This document shows positions 27,137 to 36,541 of a stretch of DNA of 48,786 bases, piece by piece. Made by a program: the position numbers and the translations under genes. Position 1 is the first letter of the stretch. Every line of letters starts with the position of its first letter. This DNA is from an uncultured Flavobacteriaceae bacterium (GTDB lineage Bacteria > Bacteroidota > Bacteroidia > Flavobacteriales > Flavobacteriaceae): positions 1-48,786 of the forward strand of contig CAZMBM010000003.1 of the NCBI GenBank assembly GCA_964564475.1. Direction: 5' to 3'. A model generated the notes under the pieces. That model was not told the origin of the DNA. It ran no database searches and saw only the letters and a program-made list of their open reading frames with translations.

Positions 27137-28268
27137 TATTTCTTTTTTTTCTGTTACGATGTTTCTTTTTACGGCGTTTAGGTTTGTCAAAACGGGTTAA
27201 ACTTTCCTGACCCACCACATCTGTAAAGTTAGGAATATCATCTTCTAACTCAAAAGAGTAATCTTCTAGTCCGGTACTCTTTTTACCTTTTTTGTTGAGC
27301 GCTATTATTTCATTGGCATGTTCGGCTGTGATAGCGTGCCAGTTGATGGGGTTCTCTTTATAAGCATACCACAAGAGTCCTTTAAAAATATCCATTTTTT
27401 GGAAAACAGCTTCTCCCATTTCGGTTTTTAAACGAATATCTGTCTTGGGAAAAGCTTTTAAGGCTTCTAAATATGAATCGAGTTCGTAATTTAAACAGCA
27501 TTTTAATTTACCACATTGTCCTGCCAGTTTTTGTGGGTTTAAAGACAGTTGTTGGTACCGTGCCGAAGCCGTGTTTACAGATCTAAAATCGGTGAGCCAA
27601 GTAGAGCAACACAATTCGCGACCACAAGAACCTACACCACCCAATCTGGCGGCTTCTTGACGCAATCCTACTTGACGCATTTCTACGCGAATACTAAAAG
27701 CCGAAGCCAACTCGCGAATAAGCATTCTAAAATCTACACGTTCATCAGCTGTATAAAAAAAAGTAGCTTTAGAGCCATCACCTTGATATTCAACATCAGA
27801 TAGCTTCATTTTTAGTCCTAAACGCAAAATTATAAGTCTTGATTTTTGTTGCACATCGAGCTCTTTGTTTCTAGAGCTCTGCCAAATGTCAATATCTCTT
27901 GAAGAGGCTTTGCGATAAATTTGTTTAATATCTTCGCTATCTACGGCAATATTGTGTTTGCGCATTTGAATCTTAACCAATTCGCCTGTCAGGCTTATAA
28001 CGCCTATATCGTGACCGGGAGATGCCTCAACGGCTATAATGTCGCCTATAGAAAGGCTTAAATTTTTGGTATTTTTATAAAAGTGTTTGCGTCCGTTTTT
28101 AAAACGCACTTCAACGATATTGAAAGGTTGTTGATGGTTGGGTAAAGTCATATTCGACAGCCAATCAAAAACACTTAATTTATTACAACTATCAAAACCA
28201 CAAGAGCCATTATTTTTACAGCCGTTAGGGGAACCGTTCTCTTGCGTAGTACAGGTACTACAACTCAT
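27123..28268 (-). CDS. PSP1-domain protein (RicT/YaaT-like)
   Basis: 381 aa with a Cys-rich N-terminus (MSCSTCTT...CKNNGSCGFDSC). Cys clusters GVGSCGRELCCSTW and CGKLKCCLNYE are typical of the PSP1 C-terminal domain. The C-terminal tail is basic. Confidence 0.8.
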   Translation of the reverse strand: MSCSTCTTQENGSPNGCKNNGSCGFDSCNKLSVFDWLSNMTLPNHQQPFNIVEVRFKNGRKHFYKNTKNLSLSIGDIIAVEASPGHDIGVISLTGELVKIQMRKHNIAVDSEDIKQIYRKASSRDIDIWQSSRNKELDVQQKSRLIILRLGLKMKLSDVEYQGDGSKATFFYTADERVDFRMLIRELASAFSIRVEMRQVGLRQEAARLGGVGSCGRELCCSTWLTDFRSVNTASARYQQLSLNPQKLAGQCGKLKCCLNYELDSYLEALKAFPKTDIRLKTEMGEAVFQKMDIFKGLLWYAYKENPINWHAITAEHANEIIALNKKGKKSTGLEDYSFELEDDIPNFTDVVGQESLTRFDKPKRRKKKHRNRKKRNNAKR

Positions 28269-28377
28269 ATTAGTTTTATATTTAGCTAACTACAAAAAGC
28301 AGTTATTTTGGTTTTTAAAAATTCTTCTAATCTGTAAATATACTACAAACTTTTAAAAAGATTTAAACGCTTTAAGA

Positions 28378-28608
28378 TTAAGTTTCTTTTACGTCAATAA
28401 TTTTAACAGGACAGGCTTGGGCTGCTTTTTTAACATTATCTAAAATAGTATTGTCGGTTGATTTTATCGTAAAAAACCCCCGCTTGTCTTGCGATTTAAG
28501 TAAAACCGTTTTACCGTCTTTTTTTGACATTTGAAACTGTTTGGGCGCCAGTTCAACACAGTAATTACAACCGATACATTTTTTGCGTTGTAATGTTATT
28601 ATAACCAT
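28378..28608 (-). CDS. Small ferredoxin
   Basis: 76 aa with CIGCNYC...(distal) ACP, the pattern of single-cluster ferredoxins. Confidence 0.7.
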   Translation of the reverse strand: MVIITLQRKKCIGCNYCVELAPKQFQMSKKDGKTVLLKSQDKRGFFTIKSTDNTILDNVKKAAQACPVKIIDVKET

Positions 28609-28688
28609 TTATGTGTCTTACAATTTTATTTTGGCAAATCTAATAAGTTTAACACGTACTTTTTGTTTATTTTTTTAATCTTTGCACT

Positions 28689-29846
28689 ATGCCTTTTAAA
28701 GCGATAATTGGACACAATCATATAAAAAAACACTTAAAAGAAACTCTTGAAAAAGGACGCATACCCCATGCGCAGCTATTTGTAGCGCCTCAAGGAACAG
28801 GCGCTTTGCCCATGGCAATAGCCTATGCCCAACAGCTTTTGTGTTTTAAAAATACAGACGAAGGATTAATAGAAAATAAAGCCTGTAGTCTTAAGGTTTC
28901 TAAATTGACGCATCCCGATTTACATTTTGCTTTTCCGGTAACTACGACAGATAAAATAAAAAAAAATCCGCACAGCGATTACTTTTTAGACGCGTGGCGT
29001 CAATTTGTACTTGATAATCCTTATAGAAATTTATTCGATTGGTTGCGATATTTAGGCGTCGAAAACAAACAAGGCAACATTGCCGTAGCAGAGGCGGATA
29101 ATATTATTAAAAAGCTCAGTTTAAAAGCTTACGAAGCGTCTTTTAAGGTTATGATTATTTGGATGGTCGAAAAAATGCCGGCGCCAACCGCTAACAAATT
29201 ACTTAAAATTATAGAAGAACCGCCCAAAAACACAGTTCTTATTCTTATTGCCGAAAACGAAGATCTTTTGTTAAAAACCATTGTGTCGCGTTGTCAAATA
29301 ATTCGGTTTTTACCGCTTACTGAAAGTGTTATTAGTGAGGCTTTACAAACGAAATTACAAGTACCTGTGCGCCAAGCAGAGGCCATAGCTTTGCAAGCCC
29401 AAGGCAGTTGGAATAAGGCCTGCCAATTGATAAATCAAGACACAAAAGACAGTCTTTTTGAAGAATGGTTTGTAGAGTGGGTACGTACCGCTTTTAAAGC
29501 TAAAGGCAATGCGACGGCTATAAACGATTTGATAATCTGGAGTAACACTATTGCTACCGCCGGGCGTGAAGCCCAAAAGCAATTTTTGACTTACTGCTTG
29601 ATGTTTTTTAGACAGGCTTTGTTGGTAAATTACAAGGCTACAGAGCTCGTTTATTTACAGCCTCAAACGGCCAATTTTTCGCTCGACAAATTTGCCCCTT
29701 TTGTTAATGCTTCAAATATTTTAGGTATTACAAAATCTTTAGAAACAGCCATATACCATATAGAACGCAATGCCAATGCCAAAATAGTTTTGTTAGACCT
29801 GTCTATAAAACTCACCCGATTATTGCACAAAAAAGAAGCGGTTTAA
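28689..29846 (+). CDS. holB: DNA polymerase III delta-prime subunit (clamp-loader AAA+ like)
   Basis: 385 aa with N-terminal ...GRIPHAQLF..PQGTGALPMA, a LLKIIEEPP box and an SRC motif (VSRCQ). Confidence 0.75.
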   Translation: MPFKAIIGHNHIKKHLKETLEKGRIPHAQLFVAPQGTGALPMAIAYAQQLLCFKNTDEGLIENKACSLKVSKLTHPDLHFAFPVTTTDKIKKNPHSDYFLDAWRQFVLDNPYRNLFDWLRYLGVENKQGNIAVAEADNIIKKLSLKAYEASFKVMIIWMVEKMPAPTANKLLKIIEEPPKNTVLILIAENEDLLLKTIVSRCQIIRFLPLTESVISEALQTKLQVPVRQAEAIALQAQGSWNKACQLINQDTKDSLFEEWFVEWVRTAFKAKGNATAINDLIIWSNTIATAGREAQKQFLTYCLMFFRQALLVNYKATELVYLQPQTANFSLDKFAPFVNASNILGITKSLETAIYHIERNANAKIVLLDLSIKLTRLLHKKEAV

Positions 29847-30595
29847 TTTTTTGATTGGTTTAAATCGGCTAATAAATCGTTGTAAAGAAATTGATGAAGA
29901 TCTTTTTTAAGCGATGCTCTGTCGGATAATTTTAAGCCTTTTGTTTTGACAAACCTGTGGACTTTAGCACGTAAAACACCGGGGCTTCCACTAAAAAAGG
30001 TGTAAGAAAAACGTCTTTTACAATCGTAAAAACTGATGGGCACAATGGGAATTTTGTGTTCTATAGCCAAACCAAAGGCGCCGTTTTGAAAAGTATCTAA
30101 GACAATACTTTCGTCATCGGGCACCTTTCCTTCCGGGAAAATGCAAATACTTACACCATCTTTTAAACGTTTTTGTGCTCTGACATAAACCTCTTTACGA
30201 CTTTTAAGACTGCTTCGGTCAACCAAAATACAGGTGCGTTTGTAAAAAAAGCCAAAAACAGGAATCCGAGCCAACTCTTTTTTTCCTACAAAAACAAAAG
30301 GATTTTTAGCCACAACCAACATCAACATAATATCAATCATAGAAGTGTGATTGGCAATAAACATATAACTCTTTTTAGGGTGAATAGGTTCTTCATAAAT
30401 AATTTTAGCCTTAAAGCCCATTAAAAACAAAATGGTTTTGGCCCACGCACGGGCAATACTAAAAAAAGCAGGATATAGATTATCACTTGAAGTGACGATT
30501 AATAATATGGGAAAAACAACAATAATTGTCACTAAAAACACAATATAAAACCAAAGACGCCAAAACAGCCTGAAAATATTTAGAAGAAAATTCAT
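29843..30595 (-). CDS. plsC: 1-acyl-sn-glycerol-3-phosphate acyltransferase
   Basis: HX4D motif NHTSMID and FPEGK motif, with an N-terminal TM helix. ATG 30595 (MNFLLNIF) is preferred over TTG 30604. Confidence 0.8.
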   Translation of the reverse strand: MNFLLNIFRLFWRLWFYIVFLVTIIVVFPILLIVTSSDNLYPAFFSIARAWAKTILFLMGFKAKIIYEEPIHPKKSYMFIANHTSMIDIMLMLVVAKNPFVFVGKKELARIPVFGFFYKRTCILVDRSSLKSRKEVYVRAQKRLKDGVSICIFPEGKVPDDESIVLDTFQNGAFGLAIEHKIPIVPISFYDCKRRFSYTFFSGSPGVLRAKVHRFVKTKGLKLSDRASLKKDLHQFLYNDLLADLNQSKN

Positions 30596-30647
30596 CGAGA
30601 CCAAAATTAGTAATTTAAATTGTATTTAAAATTGCTTTTAAATTGTG

Positions 30648-30655
30648 TATTTTTG
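30648..30655 (+). promoter_or_regulatory. Putative -7 promoter element (TAnnTTTG) for trpS
   Basis: tatttttg lies 19 nt upstream of ATG 30674. Confidence 0.35.
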
Positions 30656-30673
30656 TGGTTTTAAATACAGTAA

Positions 30674-31642
30674 ATGGCTAGAATTTTAACCGGTGTTCAA
30701 AGTACGGGCACCCCCCATTTAGGCAATCTTTTAGGCGCTATTATTCCGGCAATTGCCTTGTCAAATCAACCGGAAAACGAATCGTTTTTGTTTATAGCCG
30801 ATATGCATTCGTTAACACAAATAAAGGATGCGAATACTTTGCGTTTAAATACCTATAGTACAGCAGCCGCTTGGTTGGCTTTTGGTTTAGATATTGATAA
30901 AACGGTTTTTTACCGTCAAAGCGATGTGCCACAAGTTACCGAATTGGCCTGGTATTTGAGCTGTTTTTATCCGTATCAGCGGCTTACTTTAGCACACTCG
31001 TTTAAAGATAAAGCCGACAGGTTAGAAGATGTTAATGCCGGTTTGTTTGGCTACCCTATGCTGATGGCTGCCGACATTTTGTTGTACGATGCCGATATTG
31101 TGCCGGTAGGCAAAGACCAACTGCAGCACCTGGAAATGACGCGCGATGTGGCCTCAAGATTAAATCACAAAGTGGGCGACACCTTAATTTTACCGCAGGC
31201 TCTTGTTCAAGAAAACACCATGTATGTTCCCGGAACCGATGGCGAAAAGATGAGCAAATCTAAAAACAACATTATCAATTTGTTTTTACCCGACAAGCAA
31301 CTGCGCAAACAAATTATGCAAATTAAAACCGATTCTACACCGCTCGAAGCCCCTAAAAATCCCGATACCTGTAATCTTTTTGCGCTGTATAAATTGGTGG
31401 CACCGCCGGAAGACACAGACACTATGCGCGCCAATTATTTGGCCGGCAATTACGGTTACGGCCATGCCAAGCAAGCTTTTTTTGAATTACTTGTTGAAAA
31501 ATTTAAAACCCAACGCGAACGCTATGGGTACTATATGGAGAATCTTTCCGAAATTGACAAAGCCTTGACCCTTGGAGCCGAAAAGGCTAAAGCTGTTGCC
31601 GATGTCGTACTGGCACGTACACGTACCAAGATGGGATATTAA
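30674..31642 (+). CDS. trpS: Tryptophan--tRNA ligase
   Basis: 322 aa with the class I signature TGTPHLGN (HIGH-type) and KMSKS, and overall TrpRS-like sequence. Confidence 0.95.
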   Translation: MARILTGVQSTGTPHLGNLLGAIIPAIALSNQPENESFLFIADMHSLTQIKDANTLRLNTYSTAAAWLAFGLDIDKTVFYRQSDVPQVTELAWYLSCFYPYQRLTLAHSFKDKADRLEDVNAGLFGYPMLMAADILLYDADIVPVGKDQLQHLEMTRDVASRLNHKVGDTLILPQALVQENTMYVPGTDGEKMSKSKNNIINLFLPDKQLRKQIMQIKTDSTPLEAPKNPDTCNLFALYKLVAPPEDTDTMRANYLAGNYGYGHAKQAFFELLVEKFKTQRERYGYYMENLSEIDKALTLGAEKAKAVADVVLARTRTKMGY

Positions 31643-31907
31643 TTACTGCAATTTAAGGGTCTCATTAGTTAGTTAAATCTATGTACTTTCAGTGCATAGT
31701 GGTTTAGTTATCTCGTTGTTAATTTAAATACCGCTCATTTGAAGTATGAGCCATTTAGTTTTATTATTAATAAACATTTAACATTCAGCCAATTAAATTT
31801 AACTTATCTTTATGGGATATTTTATTCTTTTTCAGACCTTCTCTTTCTTGATAATTTAGTGAAATAAACTTAAAGGCTAGACTATAAAACTTTTAATATT
31901 TTAGTAT

Positions 31908-32612
31908 ATGATCCTTAAATACAGTAAGATAAGTCCTTATAAGATCAGGAAAATTATCAAGTGTTTTTGTTTGGATTTAACAGCCCAACAATGCAGCGTA
32001 CTTTTAAAGATAAACCGCAATACAGTTAACCGTTATTACTTAATTTTTAGAAAAACCATTTATAGCCATCAACAATCTAAACTTGACTTATTTTTAGCGA
32101 GCCAAGAGATTAGTCTAAGTCTTTTTAAAAACACACAACATAAATTTCCAAAAAAAGAAGAAAAAAAAGCAAAAGTAAAGGGATTTATAGGTGTCATAGA
32201 AAACGAACAAATAATTTTTACGAATTTAATTAAGGCCGATACTTCATCAAAAATAAGTAAAAATATAAACACCAATTATCTCTTAACAGACTATGGTATT
32301 GATAGATATGATGCTATAATTTGTCTGAACAGCAATAGGTTTGTTCGTATGGATAAAAGCAAAACACCTTATAAAAAACAGGTATCCGGTCTTGATAATA
32401 TTGAGCGTTTTTGGGGTCACACAAAAAAGCGTTTGAATAAATTTAACGGTGTTCACAATTACTTCGAATTGCATTTAAAAGAGAGCGAATGGCGTTGGAA
32501 AAAGACTGTAACCAGTATGGAAAAGGAATTAAAAAAATTACTTCTTATGATTCTGATGTTTTTTATGGTTAACAAAGTTTTTTTTGATGTAAAATGTATA
32601 TACACTCTTTAA
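31908..32612 (+). CDS. IS1595/ISXO2-like transposase-domain protein, probably degenerate or domesticated
   Basis: 234 aa with an N-terminal HTH-like segment (KIRKIIKCFCLDLTAQQCSVLLKINRNTVNRYY). The C-terminal IERFWGHTKKRLNKFNGV....LHLKESEWRW matches the ISXO2-like DDE_Tnp_IS1595 tail as I recall it. No flanking inverted repeats were found. Confidence 0.55.
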   Translation: MILKYSKISPYKIRKIIKCFCLDLTAQQCSVLLKINRNTVNRYYLIFRKTIYSHQQSKLDLFLASQEISLSLFKNTQHKFPKKEEKKAKVKGFIGVIENEQIIFTNLIKADTSSKISKNINTNYLLTDYGIDRYDAIICLNSNRFVRMDKSKTPYKKQVSGLDNIERFWGHTKKRLNKFNGVHNYFELHLKESEWRWKKTVTSMEKELKKLLLMILMFFMVNKVFFDVKCIYTL

Positions 32613-32718
32613 TTAGCACTTTTTTTCTAATCTAGGCTATTTATTATTTAAAATAAGTAGTATATTTATAGCAGGTTTACATCTCTTTTCTTTTAAATGT
32701 TGATATAAATTTAATTTA

Positions 32719-35700
32719 ATGGCTTTGTTCAACACATACGGTAAATCAAAAAGTTTTCTAAAGAAGAAATCACCCACAGGCGTAGCACTTATCTTTGGGG
32801 GCTTATTTATTTTATTTTTAGCTGTTTATGTCGTTTTTCACACAAAGCTTGAGAAGTACTATATTTTTAAGACAGAGACTTATACCGATATCCACCTAAA
32901 TGTGTTGTATGCCCATTTAAAATTTGAGGAAAATTTAGGCGCAAAAGACCACACCTATACTTCTAGCGACAGTCTGAGTTTGTTTAAGGCTCTGAAATTG
33001 GTAGAAACACTCACAATACCGCAAAAAGGATTTCAATATTTGTCAGTGTTTAGAGATTACTACCCTTTAGAAAATCTTAAACAAAACTTGGCAGCCCTTG
33101 TCAAATTGACCCAACTCAAAAAAAAACCTGATGATATTGACGTACGGTACAATACTATTTACAGCGATTTTATAACGAAAATAAATACAAATAAGGCTTT
33201 TTTAAAAAACAATTATGCCCTTTTAAAAAAGCGACTACTCTTTTTTGAGTTTTTCTTAATAGTCCTTGTACTGGTTTATAGTATCGTTACTTACATTAAA
33301 ATAAAAAAATACCGCTTACACAATTGGGGGCTTTCTCAAAAGAAAAACGAACTTTTAGAGAGGCTTAAAGATGTTCAAAAGGTGGCTAAGATGGGCTACT
33401 TTATTTATAATTATACAACTAACCAATGGTTGTGTGACAAACAGTCTATGGCGCTGCTAGGGCTAACTGTAGATAATGGTCGTTTTGAAGATTGGTTAGA
33501 AAAAATGCACCCCAATGACAGAGACTTAGCCGTTAAAGCCTTAAAAAAGAGAGGTCAGAAATATAAAAAAGAAATAAAATTAGAATACAGATATATTTTG
33601 AATGACGGCACCACAAAATGGATTCGGCATTGGTCTAGACCTTTGAGTTTTAATACAGACGGGCTCATAAAAACCTCTATAGGCGTATTTCAAGATATTA
33701 CAGCGTCAAAAAAATATGAAGCAGATTTAATAAAACTAAATACAGCCATAGACAATAGTCAAAACGAAGTTTTTATTTTTAACACCAATAATTTAAGGTT
33801 TTCGTATGTAAACCAAGGGGCTTTAAAAAATTTAGGATATACTATAGAAGAATTTAAAACGATGACACCTCTAGACATTAAACCCGAATTTACACCCCAA
33901 GGTTTTGAAAAATTAGTAAAGCCATTAATAAATGGCGATATTTCAAAATTGCGGTTCGAAACCTTACACCAACGCAAAGACAAAACAACCTATCCGGCCG
34001 AAATTAATTTAAGTAAATTTAATATTGAAGACAGTATTTATTTTTTAGCCATAGTAATTGATTTAACCCAACGTAAAGCAGCAGAAAAAAAACGTTTAGA
34101 AGAGATAGAAAAAAGCAATCATTTTTTACAAGAGTCGCAAGCCATTGCCTTATTGGGTTATTACACCTATAATTTTAAGACCAAACATTGGGTATCCTCA
34201 AAGATAATTACTGATTTAATGGGCTTAGAAGCCGAAGAAGGAAGCTTACAGTCTTGGATAGATATTATACATCCTGAAGATAAGACAATATTAATTAGTG
34301 CTTTATCAGAAAGGCAGAAAAACCACACAGCTCCTTTAGATGTAACCTATAGAATAATCAATCCTAAAAAGGATACCATTCATTGGATACACCACATAGC
34401 TCAAGGTTTAAAAAAAGACGATAGCGGAGAACTGTTGCCAACCTTAGGGGTTATACAAGACATAACGGCACAAAAAGAGATACAAAAGAAGCTAAAAGAC
34501 GCCGAAAAACGCTGGCGCTTTGCTATTGAAGGGACCAACGATGGTCTTTGGGATTTGAATTTAGTAACAAAAGAGGTATATTATTCTGACAGGTGGAAAG
34601 AAATGTTGGGTTATAAACCTGATGAACTCGAAAATAAGGAAGAGACCTGGGAGAAATTGGTTCACCCTGATGACTTGGAACGGGTGAATGCCTTAGCACA
34701 ATTACATTACGAGAAAAAAATACCTTATTTTAGTGCCGAGTACCGTATGAAATGCAAGGACAATACCTATAAATGGATATTAGACAGGGCCAAAGTTACC
34801 GAACGCGATGCCAATGGAAAGCCTCTTAGGATTATAGGCGTACATGCCGATGTTACTAGGCGTAAACAAGAGGAACAAGTAAAAGAAGTGATATATAAGA
34901 TTACCTCGTTTGCACAAAATACCCCAAAATTAGACAAGTTGCTCCCTTATATTAAAGAGTGCTTACACTCCGTTATTGATACCACAAATTTTTATGTGGC
35001 TCTTTATGAAAATGATTCACAGAGCTTTAAATCACCCTACCGTATAGATTTAGAAGTTGTTAAAAAAGGTGAAAACCCTTATCATTTCCCTAAAGGTAAA
35101 TCTTTTTCGGGCTATGTCATAGATACCCAAAAACCCTTTTTATCTACCAGTAGCTTTGAAAAATCGCTTATTAAAAAAGGTGTTGTTGTGGAGGGCGGTG
35201 TTAAATCTAAGTGTTGGTTGGGTGTTCCTTTATTAGTAGAAAAAGAAGCCATTGGCGTGATGGTTGTACAGAGCTATACTGATGAAAATACTTTTAAACA
35301 AAAAGATGTTGTGTTGTTAGAGTTTATAGCCGCTAATATAAGCAGGGCTGTGAAACAATCAGAAGATTTCGAAAAAATACACCTTTTAAACAAAGCCTTA
35401 GAGAAAAGCCCCGACAGTGTTATGATAACCGATACTAAAGGGAAGATAGAATATATAAATCCGACTTTTACAAAATACTATGGCTTTTCTTACAAAGAAG
35501 CTGTCGGTCAAACCCCACGTATTTTAAATTCGGGCAAACAATCTGAGGCTTTTTACAAAGGGATGTGGCGTAGCATACAAAAGGGTCGTATTTGGGAAAA
35601 AGAGATAGTTAATAAAGCCAAAGACGGCACAGAGTGTTTGGTTGTCCTTACCATTGTTCCCGTAAAAAATGAGGAAGGAGCGATTACACATTATATTGCC

Positions 35701-36411
35701 ATAGAAAAAGATATTACAGAAAAACGCCAGCTAGAACGCCAATTTTTAAATGCTTTGGTAGAGGCCCAAGAAACAGAAAAACAGAGTTTTGGCGAAGAGT
35801 TACACGATGGTATCAGCCAAATTTTAGCAGCACAAGCCATGTATATTGACGTTATGATTAAACAGAACAAAAACCGTGAAGACACCGCCTTAATGCATCT
35901 CAATAAAGTGAAAGAGCTCAACACCAGAGCTATTAACGATACACGAAATATAGCCCATGGCCTGATGTCTAAACAGTTAAAAGAATTGGGCTTGATAAAA
36001 GCTGTTGAAAGAATTTGTGAAGAATACAACTTTTCAAGAGATATAGAATTCTCTTTTACACACAGTAATTTAAAAAGCAAAGAGCTTTCGTATGACATTA
36101 AAACCAATATTTTTAGAATCGTTCAAGAGATTACAACCAATATTACGCGCCACTCTACAGCCACAAAAGCTTCGGTAGAATTTATAAAAACACCTACCAA
36201 TAAATTAAAAATAAATATAAAAGATAATGGTGTAGGTATAGATTTAGAAAAGTTAAAACGTGATAATAAAGGGGCGGGACTTAAAAACATAGAACGCCGT
36301 GTAAGCTTGCTTAACGGACAAATGACTTTAGATACAGCACCGGGTAAAGGCACCTGCTATACCATAGTTGTGCCTCTGGATGATACTGTAAAATTAAGGC
36401 GAAACAGTTAA
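32719..36411 (+). CDS. Orphan multi-PAS/GAF sensor histidine kinase (HisKA_3 class)
   Basis: 1230 aa. Two TM helices (aa ~20-41 and ~173-195) bracket a ~130-aa extracytoplasmic segment. Five PAS-like modules each end in a D(I/V/L)T..(K/R) motif (GVFQDITASKK, AIVIDLTQRKA, GVIQDITAQKE, GVHADVTRRKQ, IAIEKDITEKRQ). A GAF-like segment spans aa ~720-880. The HisKA_3 H-box is EELHDGISQILAA. HATPase_c elements are RIVQEITTNITRHS, DNGVGI and GAGLKNIERR. Confidence 0.9.
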   Translation: MALFNTYGKSKSFLKKKSPTGVALIFGGLFILFLAVYVVFHTKLEKYYIFKTETYTDIHLNVLYAHLKFEENLGAKDHTYTSSDSLSLFKALKLVETLTIPQKGFQYLSVFRDYYPLENLKQNLAALVKLTQLKKKPDDIDVRYNTIYSDFITKINTNKAFLKNNYALLKKRLLFFEFFLIVLVLVYSIVTYIKIKKYRLHNWGLSQKKNELLERLKDVQKVAKMGYFIYNYTTNQWLCDKQSMALLGLTVDNGRFEDWLEKMHPNDRDLAVKALKKRGQKYKKEIKLEYRYILNDGTTKWIRHWSRPLSFNTDGLIKTSIGVFQDITASKKYEADLIKLNTAIDNSQNEVFIFNTNNLRFSYVNQGALKNLGYTIEEFKTMTPLDIKPEFTPQGFEKLVKPLINGDISKLRFETLHQRKDKTTYPAEINLSKFNIEDSIYFLAIVIDLTQRKAAEKKRLEEIEKSNHFLQESQAIALLGYYTYNFKTKHWVSSKIITDLMGLEAEEGSLQSWIDIIHPEDKTILISALSERQKNHTAPLDVTYRIINPKKDTIHWIHHIAQGLKKDDSGELLPTLGVIQDITAQKEIQKKLKDAEKRWRFAIEGTNDGLWDLNLVTKEVYYSDRWKEMLGYKPDELENKEETWEKLVHPDDLERVNALAQLHYEKKIPYFSAEYRMKCKDNTYKWILDRAKVTERDANGKPLRIIGVHADVTRRKQEEQVKEVIYKITSFAQNTPKLDKLLPYIKECLHSVIDTTNFYVALYENDSQSFKSPYRIDLEVVKKGENPYHFPKGKSFSGYVIDTQKPFLSTSSFEKSLIKKGVVVEGGVKSKCWLGVPLLVEKEAIGVMVVQSYTDENTFKQKDVVLLEFIAANISRAVKQSEDFEKIHLLNKALEKSPDSVMITDTKGKIEYINPTFTKYYGFSYKEAVGQTPRILNSGKQSEAFYKGMWRSIQKGRIWEKEIVNKAKDGTECLVVLTIVPVKNEEGAITHYIAIEKDITEKRQLERQFLNALVEAQETEKQSFGEELHDGISQILAAQAMYIDVMIKQNKNREDTALMHLNKVKELNTRAINDTRNIAHGLMSKQLKELGLIKAVERICEEYNFSRDIEFSFTHSNLKSKELSYDIKTNIFRIVQEITTNITRHSTATKASVEFIKTPTNKLKINIKDNGVGIDLEKLKRDNKGAGLKNIERRVSLLNGQMTLDTAPGKGTCYTIVVPLDDTVKLRRNS

Positions 36412-36541
36412 AGTTTCTTTGACAATAGCGCTACAATAATTTATTGAAAGGTCTCCATTTTTTCTGTTAGCCCCTTTAAATTAAGGGTTTAATTTTTTTT
36501 TTGTAAATTGTAGCCTTATTAACCTTAAAATCTAACTTATT

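Noticed and set aside
27137-27190. Longer GldH start at 27190 (MTNLNAVKRNIV...)
   Set aside because: It would overlap the PSP1 gene by 68 nt and add a hydrophilic leader before the signal peptide. The internal ATG 27136 gives a normal lipoprotein signal.
31643-31907. Possible ncRNA, riboswitch or tRNA in the 265-nt gap after trpS
   Set aside because: I found only one short hairpin (gctcat/atgagc around 31733-31752, probably a weak trpS terminator) and tiny hydrophobic ORFs of 8-15 codons. There is no cloverleaf and no extended conserved-looking structure.
31860-32660. Terminal inverted repeats delimiting an IS around the IS1595-like ORF
   Set aside because: The best candidate (aggctagact upstream versus tctaggctat downstream) shares only a 6-nt aggcta core in direct orientation. 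That is not convincing as TIRs, so no mobile_element feature was called.
35691-36107. 138-aa ORF antisense to the kinase core of the histidine kinase
   Set aside because: It is a shadow frame within the HisKA_3/HATPase coding region. It is low-complexity and hydrophobic/Ser-rich with no independent support. The 108-aa ORF antisense to nosF (47314-47640) is rejected likewise.
36492-36502. Run of 11 T residues upstream of the small membrane protein gene as a phase-variation tract
   Set aside because: It directly follows a weak hairpin (ccctt/aaggg, 36472-36486) after the kinase stop, so it is more simply the U-tract of a terminator in AT-rich DNA. There is no evidence of length variation from a single sequence.
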